DNA of 38,837 bases from a virus. Its lineage: Duplodnaviria; Caudoviricetes. Location: the IMG/VR virus record IMGVR_UViG_3300031860_000069, positions 1 to 38,837 of that record. The stretch is one strand, 5' to 3'. A program made the translations under genes and the position numbers. Shown here one piece after another: positions 9,065 through 16,626 of the stretch. The stretch's first letter is position 1, and each line of letters begins with the position of its first letter. Under the pieces are notes generated by a model that saw only the letters and a program-made list of their open reading frames with translations, did no database searches and had not been told where the DNA came from.

Positions 9065-9741
9065 GCCTTCGCCCTCCGCTCGTACATTGCCTGCAGCATC
9101 TGCGGGTACTCGACGCGGCTGGTGACATAGTCATTGAACAGCGCAATGCGTTCGCCGAGTTGCCGCATGCTCAGCACACGCGGGAAGTTCCACAGGCCGT
9201 GAAAGCCAAAGCTTGGTTGGCTCAGTTCCCAGCCGGTGCGCTCGCGCGAGAAGCGGTAGGCGACGGCATCGGGTGCGAACAGCAAGTCACCGCGCAGCAG
9301 TGGCCGATAGCGGCGGCACAGCCAGTCGTCCTCGGGGAACTTGACCGGGAACACCTCGGCGTTATCGCGTAGGTACAGCCCCAGGCGCTTGCTACGCAGC
9401 GAGAAGCCGCCATTGCCGACTTCGGGTCCGCCGCGGTGCCAACCCCACGGTGCGCCGATGTAGTCGTAGCCAAGAAAGTCGTCGGACCAAGCTGCCGGGT
9501 TGATGATCCAGCTGTCCCACTGGATCACTAGGTAATGGCTGGTCTTGATCAGCTCCGGCACGGTGTGCCAGATCGCCTTGTTCCAGGCGTCGATGCCGTC
9601 GATCGGCGCGGGCAGGTGCCCGCTCGACAAGACATCGGCAAACCGGACGTGATCGAGGCAGTCGTTGATCGCCTGGTCGACGAGATCGGCAACCGGACCG
9701 GCATCGATCGCAACCAGCGTGACGTCAGGTAGATCGAGCAT
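9061..9741 (-). CDS. DUF5672-like putative glycosyltransferase
   Basis: LVIQWDSWIINPAAW.DDFLGYDYIGAPW; VGNGGFSLRS; PEDDWLC; FGFHG. Confidence 0.8.
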   Translation of the reverse strand: MLDLPDVTLVAIDAGPVADLVDQAINDCLDHVRFADVLSSGHLPAPIDGIDAWNKAIWHTVPELIKTSHYLVIQWDSWIINPAAWSDDFLGYDYIGAPWGWHRGGPEVGNGGFSLRSKRLGLYLRDNAEVFPVKFPEDDWLCRRYRPLLRGDLLFAPDAVAYRFSRERTGWELSQPSFGFHGLWNFPRVLSMRQLGERIALFNDYVTSRVEYPQMLQAMYERRAKA

Positions 9742-9784
9742 CAGCCGGCGTGGTAGAGATGAGTGGTCATTTCGGAGAACCCCC

Positions 9785-9985
9785 TTGATAAAGCGGATTA
9801 TTCAGATCGCCGCCTCTGCGAACACGCTGTTTGCGCTGTGCTCTGACGGGTCGGTTTGGTGTCTTAGCCCGACAGAGTCATGGAAGCGGCTGCCGGACGT
9901 CCCGGGAGACCCGACGCCGGAGGCCACTGCAGAAAGCCTTGACCCTCGGCGGTCTGCAGCCCGTCAACGACGTGCACATGGATAG
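9785..9985 (+). CDS. Small phage hypothetical protein
   Basis: TTG start after GGAG; KRIIQIA...LFALCSDGSVW...WKRLPDVP. Confidence 0.55.
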   Translation: MIKRIIQIAASANTLFALCSDGSVWCLSPTESWKRLPDVPGDPTPEATAESLDPRRSAARQRRAHG

Positions 9986-10166
9986 CCGCCGCCTCTGGCT
10001 GCCCGGCATGTTGGACCGCATCGACGCGGCCATGGCGCAAGGGGTCGACTTCTCGGCCTATGAGATCAGTGCCACAAAGCTGCGTCAGGTCATTCGCGAC
10101 AGCCCCGGCAGCGACGAGCTGAAGCGCAGTTTGATCGCCTATCTGAACCGGCGGGTGCGCAACTAG
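9978..10166 (+). CDS. Small hypothetical protein
   Basis: 62 aa; stop shares CTAG with the convergent gene. Confidence 0.5.
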   Translation: MDSRRLWLPGMLDRIDAAMAQGVDFSAYEISATKLRQVIRDSPGSDELKRSLIAYLNRRVRN

Positions 10167-10612
10167 GGCACGAGAATCCGCACCGGGATGACGGCACCAC
10201 CCTGGCCGTGGTCGATGTCGACGTCGCTGATCGCCTTGACCGTCGCACCGTCGATGTAGACCGCCTGCACCAGCCCGCCGAGTGTCTGCGTCTGGTGCAC
10301 ATAGTTGTCCGGGGCGAATGCCGCCTCGACCGTGTCGATCAGCGGGTTGAGGATCGTCGCACCCGGCGTATAGCTGTCGTTGTTGTAGTAGACGATGATG
10401 TACCAGACCTCCCACCAGCGCCTGCGCAACCCGAGCTCGGCGCCCTCGGTCTTCTCGGGCTGCTCCCAGCTCATCAGACACGGGCAGTTGATCGCCTCGA
10501 CGGCCGAGGGGCGAGTGTAGCGGCGGGTCGTCAGCGCAAAGCCCGGCAGCCCGTTGACCAGGTTGAAGACCGCGCTGAAGACCTGCTCGCGGGTCGGAGG
10601 ACACGTCGACAT
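10163..10612 (-). CDS. Putative tail-completion/terminator protein
   Basis: Position after the gp10-like gene; TREQVFSAVF...LNPLIDTVEAAF...QTLGGLV...VIPVRILVP. Confidence 0.65.
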   Translation of the reverse strand: MSTCPPTREQVFSAVFNLVNGLPGFALTTRRYTRPSAVEAINCPCLMSWEQPEKTEGAELGLRRRWWEVWYIIVYYNNDSYTPGATILNPLIDTVEAAFAPDNYVHQTQTLGGLVQAVYIDGATVKAISDVDIDHGQGGAVIPVRILVP

Positions 10613-10623
10613 CGAAACCCCCG

Positions 10624-11112
10624 CTATGCGGCCTGGGTGACGTTCCCGGCGCCAGCGACGGCCTCCCGGAACACCCGCATGATGTCGTCTTCGCGCTGCT
10701 TGAGCGCCGAGCGCAGATAGGAGCGCTCGGGGATAACCACGTCATGCGCCCGGGCATGCTTGGCGAAAACCTCGTCACCCTCCTTGCTGATCCAATGCAG
10801 CGCGTTGGCCTGGACCGGGAAAATATCCGGCAGGTGGATCGTGCCGCCCAATTCGTGGATCCGGGCATAGGGTGTTCCGCCGGCGGTGATGTCGGCGGTG
10901 ACCGTGTCGCCGCTGCGGGTCACCTGGACCGAGATGTCGGCGACCTTCCCGGAGCCCTTGAACAGGCTCCGCTGATTGTCGCGCGCCTGCGAGGCGACGA
11001 GTTCGCCGGAACCGCGTGTCGCCAGATTGATCCGATGCCGGATGTCCGGCGAGGCGCGTCGCAGACGGTCGAGGAGCTCATCCAGACCCTTCCACTCGGC
11101 AGCGAAGCTCAT
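10624..11112 (-). CDS. HK97 gp10-like neck/morphogenesis protein
   Basis: GLDELLDRL; PYARIHELGG; IPERSYLRSAL. Confidence 0.75.
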   Translation of the reverse strand: MSFAAEWKGLDELLDRLRRASPDIRHRINLATRGSGELVASQARDNQRSLFKGSGKVADISVQVTRSGDTVTADITAGGTPYARIHELGGTIHLPDIFPVQANALHWISKEGDEVFAKHARAHDVVIPERSYLRSALKQREDDIMRVFREAVAGAGNVTQAA

Positions 11113-11723
11113 TTCGGCACCTCGCCAAAAAGGATCGCCTCGACCAGACCGCAGATCGCGTGCGCCGCGACCAGGTGCAGCTGCTGCACCAGCGGGGTTT
11201 CGGTGGACGGGGCGACGATCGTGAGGGGACAGGCGTCGGCCAGCGGGCCGCCCGGGCGCCCGGTCATCGCGATGATCGGGATGCGGTCCAAGCGCTGCGC
11301 GGCCTCGACCGCCCGCAAAACATTCTGCGACTTGCCCGAGGTCGAGATCGCGACCAAGACCGTGCCCGGGCGCACCAGTGCGATCAGCTGGCGCTCGAAG
11401 ACGTGGGCGAAGCCATAGTCATTGGCGATCGCGGTCAGGCTCGCGACATCGGCACCGAGGGCGATCGCCGGAAGCGGTGCGCGGTCGCGCGCGAACCGCC
11501 CGACCAGCTCGGCGGCGAAATGCTGCGCCTGCGCGGCGCTGCCGCCATTGCCGGCGATCAGGATCTGGCCGCCTTCTCTGAGCGACTCGGCAATGATCCG
11601 GGCGCTGACTCCGATCGCCTGGATCAACACTTGGTCGCCGATCGCCGCCTCGATCACGTCATGCGATTGGTAGAGAAACTCGCAAACCGGCGTGCGCAGC
11701 GACAGTTCTTCGAGGGGCGTCAT
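11109..11723 (-). CDS. gmhA: D-sedoheptulose 7-phosphate isomerase
   Basis: GNGGSAAQAQHFAAELVGRF; TAIANDYGF..VFERQ; ISTSGKS; VQQLH...H; start re-called to MTPLEE. Confidence 0.9.
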   Translation of the reverse strand: MTPLEELSLRTPVCEFLYQSHDVIEAAIGDQVLIQAIGVSARIIAESLREGGQILIAGNGGSAAQAQHFAAELVGRFARDRAPLPAIALGADVASLTAIANDYGFAHVFERQLIALVRPGTVLVAISTSGKSQNVLRAVEAAQRLDRIPIIAMTGRPGGPLADACPLTIVAPSTETPLVQQLHLVAAHAICGLVEAILFGEVPK

Positions 11724-12073
11724 CAGAGACCATTCTCCAGCCGGCGCCGCTCGGTCTGCAGCTTGGGATGTTGCCAGCACCGCCAGTCGGGCTGGACCTC
11801 GGGCCAGAAGCTCGTGACGCCGAGCACCACGACCTCGGGCTTGGGTGGGATCAGCCCGCCGCCCGCGGTGAGCACCGGCGTGTTTTGCTTTGGCGGTTGG
11901 ACCATGACGACCGGCTGAGCGCGCACCGAGCTTTCGTGGCAGTAGAGCTTGCCGTCGTCCTTGTCGGGTTCGGCATACGGGCAGTTGGCGCAGCGCGGCA
12001 GGGCGCGCAGCTCGTCATACTGCAGCGGCACGTCGAGGATGATCGGATAGTCTTGGCCGGGCAAGGCTGACAT
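11723..12073 (-). CDS. Hypothetical Cys/His metal-binding protein
   Basis: CANC...C...FWPEVQPDWRCWQH; TGATG overlaps on both sides. Confidence 0.6.
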   Translation of the reverse strand: MSALPGQDYPIILDVPLQYDELRALPRCANCPYAEPDKDDGKLYCHESSVRAQPVVMVQPPKQNTPVLTAGGGLIPPKPEVVVLGVTSFWPEVQPDWRCWQHPKLQTERRRLENGL

Positions 12074-12945
12074 CAGAAGCCCCTTGGCATTGGCGAGACT
12101 GGCACGACCGACTTGAACTGCTGCAGATCTCTGCACATCCAGGGGTTCATATCCTTCTGGCTGTAGGTAACCCCGTCGCCGGCGGCGGTGCCGATGTGGT
12201 CGGCGACCACACCCGGGTGCTGGCGTTCCATCCGATAGCGCAGCGCCACCAGCTCGATGCAGGCCTGCTCGATCTCGTAGGGAACCGTTGCATAGCCCGC
12301 CTGGTAGATCAGGCTGACGCACTGCTGCACACGTGGGATCGGATAGCCGGTGATGACCAGCTTGGTCGGCGTGAAGGTGTAGCCGGCCGGCGGATAAAAC
12401 GTGGTTGGCAACGCGTTGACGAGCGAGCCCGGAGTCGGCTGAAAGACGATCAGATCGCCGCTCGACACACCAGCGCTGCCCGCACCCTGGCTCATCACGA
12501 CGGTGGTCGAGGTCGTCGACTGCACCGTGGTGTTCGCCTGGATCGCGTTCAATGTCGTCGGGTCGGTGATCTGGAGGCCTGCGACGATCCAGCTCGGCAC
12601 GTTGGCGAAATGCAGGGTCGCATTGCCGGCCGCGGTCGTCGCGTTGGTGGTCAGGGTGCCGCTGGTTTGCGGGATCGGCGGGATCGAGACGCCGGCGACG
12701 ACGACGCCGTAGACCTGCTGCACCGGGTAATTGGCGAACACAAAGGCGTTCGAAGCGGGGCCGTAGGCGTCGCGCAACTCGCTGTAATTGGTCAGCACGA
12801 CATCGCGGCCGAGATAGCGCGCCAGAAACCCGCTCGCCGCGGTGACCAGCCGGGTCAGCGTCGTGTCATCGGTCGAGCCGAAAGTGCCCGTCGTGTTGAG
12901 CCACGTCTTGACGTTGGCAAGGCTTGTCAGGTCACCAGCGGCCAT
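12073..12945 (-). CDS. Head-tail adaptor (gp6/gp15-like) with Thr-rich insertion
   Basis: DLTSLANVKTWL...DDTTLTRLVTAAS; YQAGYATVPYEIEQACIELVALRY. Confidence 0.8.
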   Translation of the reverse strand: MAAGDLTSLANVKTWLNTTGTFGSTDDTTLTRLVTAASGFLARYLGRDVVLTNYSELRDAYGPASNAFVFANYPVQQVYGVVVAGVSIPPIPQTSGTLTTNATTAAGNATLHFANVPSWIVAGLQITDPTTLNAIQANTTVQSTTSTTVVMSQGAGSAGVSSGDLIVFQPTPGSLVNALPTTFYPPAGYTFTPTKLVITGYPIPRVQQCVSLIYQAGYATVPYEIEQACIELVALRYRMERQHPGVVADHIGTAAGDGVTYSQKDMNPWMCRDLQQFKSVVPVSPMPRGF

Positions 12946-12957
12946 GACGCTCTCCGA

Positions 12958-13398
12958 TCAAATTTCTTCTTCGGACCATTGCGCCACCGTGGTTGCCGGC
13001 GCGCGTTCGACAGCGCGGTAAAAGCGCCGGCCGTTGCCACGATCTTCCCCAATCGCGACTTCCCCGACCGGAAACAGCCCGTAGCCGAGGTTGTGTTGGG
13101 TGGCGATCGCGAACGGTGAGCCGCGAAGCCTCGCCCGCAGCCGGGTGACGTGGACCTTGGTCGAGTCGGTGCTGCCGCCATCGAGCGGATCGGCGGCCGA
13201 GTATTGCGCGAGAAAGCCGTGCGGCACGAAGCGCTCGAAGCGTTCACGCAGCAACAGCAAGACCCGCCACGGCCCCGGCCTGACGTAGCGCTGCTCCTCG
13301 CCGACGATGATGCAGTGGTAGCGATCGTCAAAGCAGGGATGCTTGAGCGGCTTGCGCGCTCCGCTGTCGATTGGGCCCCCACAGTGTGGACAGTCCAT
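12958..13398 (-). CDS. OmpR-type winged-helix DNA-binding protein with N-terminal CxxC
   Basis: CPHCG; STKVHVTRLRARL...IATQHNLGYGL. Confidence 0.7.
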   Translation of the reverse strand: MDCPHCGGPIDSGARKPLKHPCFDDRYHCIIVGEEQRYVRPGPWRVLLLLRERFERFVPHGFLAQYSAADPLDGGSTDSTKVHVTRLRARLRGSPFAIATQHNLGYGLFPVGEVAIGEDRGNGRRFYRAVERAPATTVAQWSEEEI

Positions 13399-13405
13399 TC
13401 GAATT

Positions 13406-13846
13406 TCATTTCAACGAAAGTGGCCGTAACGCCGTCATCGCTTTCTCGATCGCGCGTTCGGCCGCCCAGCGGGTCGCGTAAGTGTTTAATGCCACGCGCG
13501 CGCGATAGCGGCCCTGCTTGGTTCGCTCGATCGAGCCGCGCGGCCAGCGGTTGGTGCGCGGGAAATTATCGATCGCGTTCTGCGCCGCCTCGGGGGTCAA
13601 GAATGACCCGAGCGCATACCGCTCGCTACCATCGGTGACGCGCGCGTAATAGGTCTGTTGCGGCAGCGCCCGCTTGTAGCGGTAGCCGTTGCGGATCTGT
13701 GACACCAGCGACGGCGAGACGCCAAGCTCGCGCGCCAGGCGAGTGCACGGCTCCCAAGGCAATGCCCTGATGCGGGCGACTTGCGGTTCGGTGAGCTTGC
13801 GCGCCGGCCGGCGCCACTGCCGCGTGTGAACGGTGGCCGGCTGCAT
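13406..13846 (-). CDS. HTH plus AP2-like DNA-binding protein
   Basis: KLTEPQVARIR...LARELGVSPSLVSQIRNG; YYARV...YALGSFLTPEAA. Confidence 0.65.
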   Translation of the reverse strand: MQPATVHTRQWRRPARKLTEPQVARIRALPWEPCTRLARELGVSPSLVSQIRNGYRYKRALPQQTYYARVTDGSERYALGSFLTPEAAQNAIDNFPRTNRWPRGSIERTKQGRYRARVALNTYATRWAAERAIEKAMTALRPLSLK

Positions 13847-13849
13847 CCA

Positions 13850-14170
13850 TTACGCCTCGGCGACGGCGACGGGGAACTGGCTGCCTGGCCCATAAAGCGC
13901 GGCGGCGACGACCGCTTCGTCTCTGGCCTCGATGACCTCGCGCTCGGCGAAGGTGATCATGATGGCCTGCAGAACGTAGTCATGCAGGTCCGCGACCGTG
14001 CCGGTCTGCACCGACTGGATCAGGATCAGTTTCTGCTCGATCGCATCGGCCAGGCGGCGCAGCTCGGCGGCGGCGTTCTTGGCGTCGAGACCAAAGCGGA
14101 GGAATGACTGCTGACCGTCGTTGAACGGTGTCGGAGTGGTCGGCGTCGCGAATTTTCCAGCGTCAATCAT
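13850..14170 (-). CDS. Hypothetical protein
   Basis: 106 aa, ATGA overlap with the GT gene. Confidence 0.6.
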   Translation of the reverse strand: MIDAGKFATPTTPTPFNDGQQSFLRFGLDAKNAAAELRRLADAIEQKLILIQSVQTGTVADLHDYVLQAIMITFAEREVIEARDEAVVAAALYGPGSQFPVAVAEA

Positions 14171-15255
14171 CGTGCGGTACTCGTCAGCATGGTCGACCAG
14201 GCGGCGAGCCCTGCGGCGTTGTGCGCCTTTAGATGGGTCAGCCCGGCCTCGACCGCGTTCGGATCGTGCAGCAGGTGGATCCCGACATTGGCGATGTCGT
14301 CGGCGTTATCATCCGTTGCTTGCCATCGCCTGGGAACCCAATCAATCGCATCTGACGTTACGGCCGGAACGCCTTCGGCGACGCCATCGGCGACGACCAT
14401 ACAAAATGACTCGGTATAGCTCGGCTGCAGTAGCAGTGACATGCTGCGCACGACCCGGCGGAATTCTGCCCAGGACTGCCAGCCGTCCTGCACCAGCCTG
14501 GCGGTCGGCAGATTGGCGTAGAGCGCCAGCAACGCCTTGGTGATCGTGTCGCCGCCACCTTCGGCGCGCCCAGAGGACACATGGAATTCGAGGTCCGCTT
14601 GCAGGCGCGAGGCGATCTCGAGTGCGGCGGCGCCGGCGGTCAGAATGTTCTTGAGTGGCCGGGTGGCACCGAATGAGCCGATCCGCAACGGTTTGCCCGG
14701 TAACCAGCGCTGCGGCACGGTTTGTGCCGCGCTGAGGTCGTACATGTTCGGCAGCCAGCGCATCGGCGTGCGGTAGACGCTCTGCCACCAGTCGATCAGT
14801 TTGCGGTTGTTGGCACCGATCTGGAAATTGATCGAGCTGGTCTGCAGATCGCCGTCTTCGCGCAGCAGCGTCACACCATTGGGGTCGGCTTGCAGAAACC
14901 CGACATTGCTGTGGCTGACGACGTAGAACTGCGTATCGGACCATTGCATGGTCAGCTGCTGCAGATCCTTGGTCGGGATCCATGGCGCACTGATCACGAC
15001 GTGGCTGATCGGCGCTTGGCTCTGCTGGGTGTTGGTGGCCCGGCTCTTGTGCAGCCGGTCGTTCAGATCGGCGGCCGAGAGGATTGGCCAGACCTCCGTC
15101 CAGTAGCCGGCGGCGTTGAGGATCTTCGCATTGGTCAGCGCGGTGACCCCGAGGCCGATATGGCTAATGTGCTTGTGGGCGGCAAAGTTTTTGTAGCAAA
15201 TCACGAGATGGGCGCGCTCTCCGCTAGGGCGCACCGGTTGCGGCAGGTATTGCAA
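14167..15255 (-). CDS. GT-B (GT4-like) glycosyltransferase
   Basis: FGATRPLKN; LLQPSYTESFCMVVADGVAEGVPAVTS; probable TTG start after AAGGGGGG. Confidence 0.78.
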   Translation of the reverse strand: MQYLPQPVRPSGERAHLVICYKNFAAHKHISHIGLGVTALTNAKILNAAGYWTEVWPILSAADLNDRLHKSRATNTQQSQAPISHVVISAPWIPTKDLQQLTMQWSDTQFYVVSHSNVGFLQADPNGVTLLREDGDLQTSSINFQIGANNRKLIDWWQSVYRTPMRWLPNMYDLSAAQTVPQRWLPGKPLRIGSFGATRPLKNILTAGAAALEIASRLQADLEFHVSSGRAEGGGDTITKALLALYANLPTARLVQDGWQSWAEFRRVVRSMSLLLQPSYTESFCMVVADGVAEGVPAVTSDAIDWVPRRWQATDDNADDIANVGIHLLHDPNAVEAGLTHLKAHNAAGLAAWSTMLTSTAR

Positions 15256-15464
15256 AGCAACCCCCCTTGGGTTTGATCGAGATGGACAGAAAAGGCGCCC
15301 GGGCCAACCGTAACTGCCGGGGAGCAAATGCGATCCTCCACAGTCAAGCGGCGACGGCCGCCGGGTTGGCCCGAATTTTGGTTATTCGGCGGATTGTTCG
15401 CCGGGTGGTGGCTCGGTCAGCACCGGCTACGGACCGGGGTGGCCGCTCGGGCTGGCCCCGCTGG

Positions 15465-15492
15465 CTAGGCTAGCTAGGCTAGCTAGTGCTAG
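15465..15492. repeat. Cluster of six CTAG tetramers
   Basis: CTAGGCTAGCTAGGCTAGCTAGTGCTAG. Confidence 0.85.
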
Positions 15493-15923
15493 TTTGATCC
15501 GGCTGGGTTGGCTGACTGGGATGCCTGAACCTCGGCTTCGCTCGGCGGCGGTCCGAGCGCCGGTTGCGGACCACCCTCGGGGTGATCGCCCTGCGCCGAG
15601 AAGACCGTAGAACGCACCGCGCCGCCTTCGGTCGTCTGGCCTGCCGGCCTGCCGCCGATCTTCGACGTCAGCGCCTTCGGTTTGGCGGCCGGGTCACGCA
15701 AGGCTGGCGCCGCGATCGGCGGAAGCTCGACCTGCTCGGGCACGCCTTCCATACCGTGCGACTGGGTGAGCTCCTGCACTGCCTCGACCGGCACCATGAC
15801 GACGCCGCGCTCGTCGGGCTCAAAGCTCATGCCGCCCCACGACACTCCGCGCGGCGGGCCATCCTTGTGGCGCAGCGCGACGAGCGGATGGGCGGACCGA
15901 AAGATTACTGTTGCTGCTTCCAC
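15489..15923 (-). CDS. Hypothetical (putative virion-associated) protein
   Basis: VSWGGMSFEPDERGVVMVP motif, Pro/Ala/Ser-rich tail; downstream of the capsid gene. Confidence 0.6.
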   Translation of the reverse strand: MEAATVIFRSAHPLVALRHKDGPPRGVSWGGMSFEPDERGVVMVPVEAVQELTQSHGMEGVPEQVELPPIAAPALRDPAAKPKALTSKIGGRPAGQTTEGGAVRSTVFSAQGDHPEGGPQPALGPPPSEAEVQASQSANPAGSN

Positions 15924-16105
15924 GGGTAAAATCCTGCGTTGTGCATGAAGTAGCGGGCGTGCTCGGCCAGGACGTCGACGAGCCAGGTCTGGATTGCGCT
16001 GGGGTCGGTGTGGTCGGCGCGATAGGGGATGTATTGCGTGGTGCCATGTGAAATCGGGTACTCGCTTGCCCCTGGTGGGCAGACAAGTGTCACGAAATCA
16101 GCCAT
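15905..16105 (-). CDS. Small hypothetical (putative virion-associated) protein
   Basis: Strong GGAGGTGA RBS; 66 aa. Confidence 0.65.
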   Translation of the reverse strand: MADFVTLVCPPGASEYPISHGTTQYIPYRADHTDPSAIQTWLVDVLAEHARYFMHNAGFYPWKQQQ

Positions 16106-16116
16106 AACTCACCTCC

Positions 16117-16338
16117 ATGAATGACGACGCTGAAAAGCGGTGCTCGCGTTGCGGCAAGTCGCTACCGCTATCAGCATTCGGCCGAGATGCCAGAAAGCGC
16201 AGCGGGCTCAGGTCACACTGCCGAGAGTGCGTGGCGTCCTACGATGCAGCACGCTACGCCGCAGTGGTGGGCCAGGGAGGATTTGAACCTCCGACCTCAC
16301 GCTTATCAAGCGCGCGCTCTAACCAGCTGAGCTACTAG
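16117..16338 (+). CDS. Zinc-ribbon ORF (HNH-endonuclease N-terminus-like), runs antisense into the tRNA
   Basis: KRCSRCGKSLPLSAF.RD..KRSGLRSHCREC; C-terminal 24 aa are the antisense of the tRNA. Confidence 0.45.
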   Translation: MNDDAEKRCSRCGKSLPLSAFGRDARKRSGLRSHCRECVASYDAARYAAVVGQGGFEPPTSRLSSARSNQLSY

Positions 16339-16341
16339 CCC
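16265..16341 (-). tRNA. tRNA-Ile(GAT)
   Basis: GGGCTAGTAGCTCAGCTGGTTAGAGCGCGCGCTTGATAAGCGTGAGGTCGGAGGTTCAAATCCTCCCTGGCCCACCA; 77 nt, full cloverleaf, encoded CCA. Confidence 0.97.
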
Positions 16342-16343
16342 CT

Positions 16344-16517
16344 TCAGTGAACTGCGCTTGACGGATCGGTGGTCTCGACAGGCGTGAGTTCGATCACTGC
16401 CTGGTGCTCGAGGTTGTTGATCGCGATGCGCTGCGCCATCCGGCGCGCTTCATCGAACGATGGCGCCTCGAGCGTGAATTCGGTGCGGTATTCGACCGTG
16501 GCCTGGAACAGCGGCAC
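16344..16517 (-). CDS. Small hypothetical protein (beta-beta-alpha motif)
   Basis: GTG start after GGAG; FQATVEYRTEFTLEAPSFDEARRMA. Confidence 0.55.
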   Translation of the reverse strand: MPLFQATVEYRTEFTLEAPSFDEARRMAQRIAINNLEHQAVIELTPVETTDPSSAVH

Positions 16518-16559
16518 GGCGTATCTCCGGTTTGTGTGGACGTTGTGTAGATAAATCCC

Positions 16560-16620
16560 GCCCCTGGCACGCCGCGTCGTGGCCAGGGGCGGGTCCCGCC
16601 GGGGTTTCGCGGCCCCGGCG
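16560..16620 (-). other. Two tandem GC hairpins just downstream of the capsid gene
   Basis: CGCCGGGG...CCCCGGCG and CCCCTGGC...GCCAGGGG inverted repeats; no U-tract. Confidence 0.5.
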
Positions 16621-16626
16621 TATCGC

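Noticed and set aside
16265-16341. tRNA as prophage attachment site
   Set aside because: Phage structural genes continue on both sides; no integrase and no duplicated 3' end in the window
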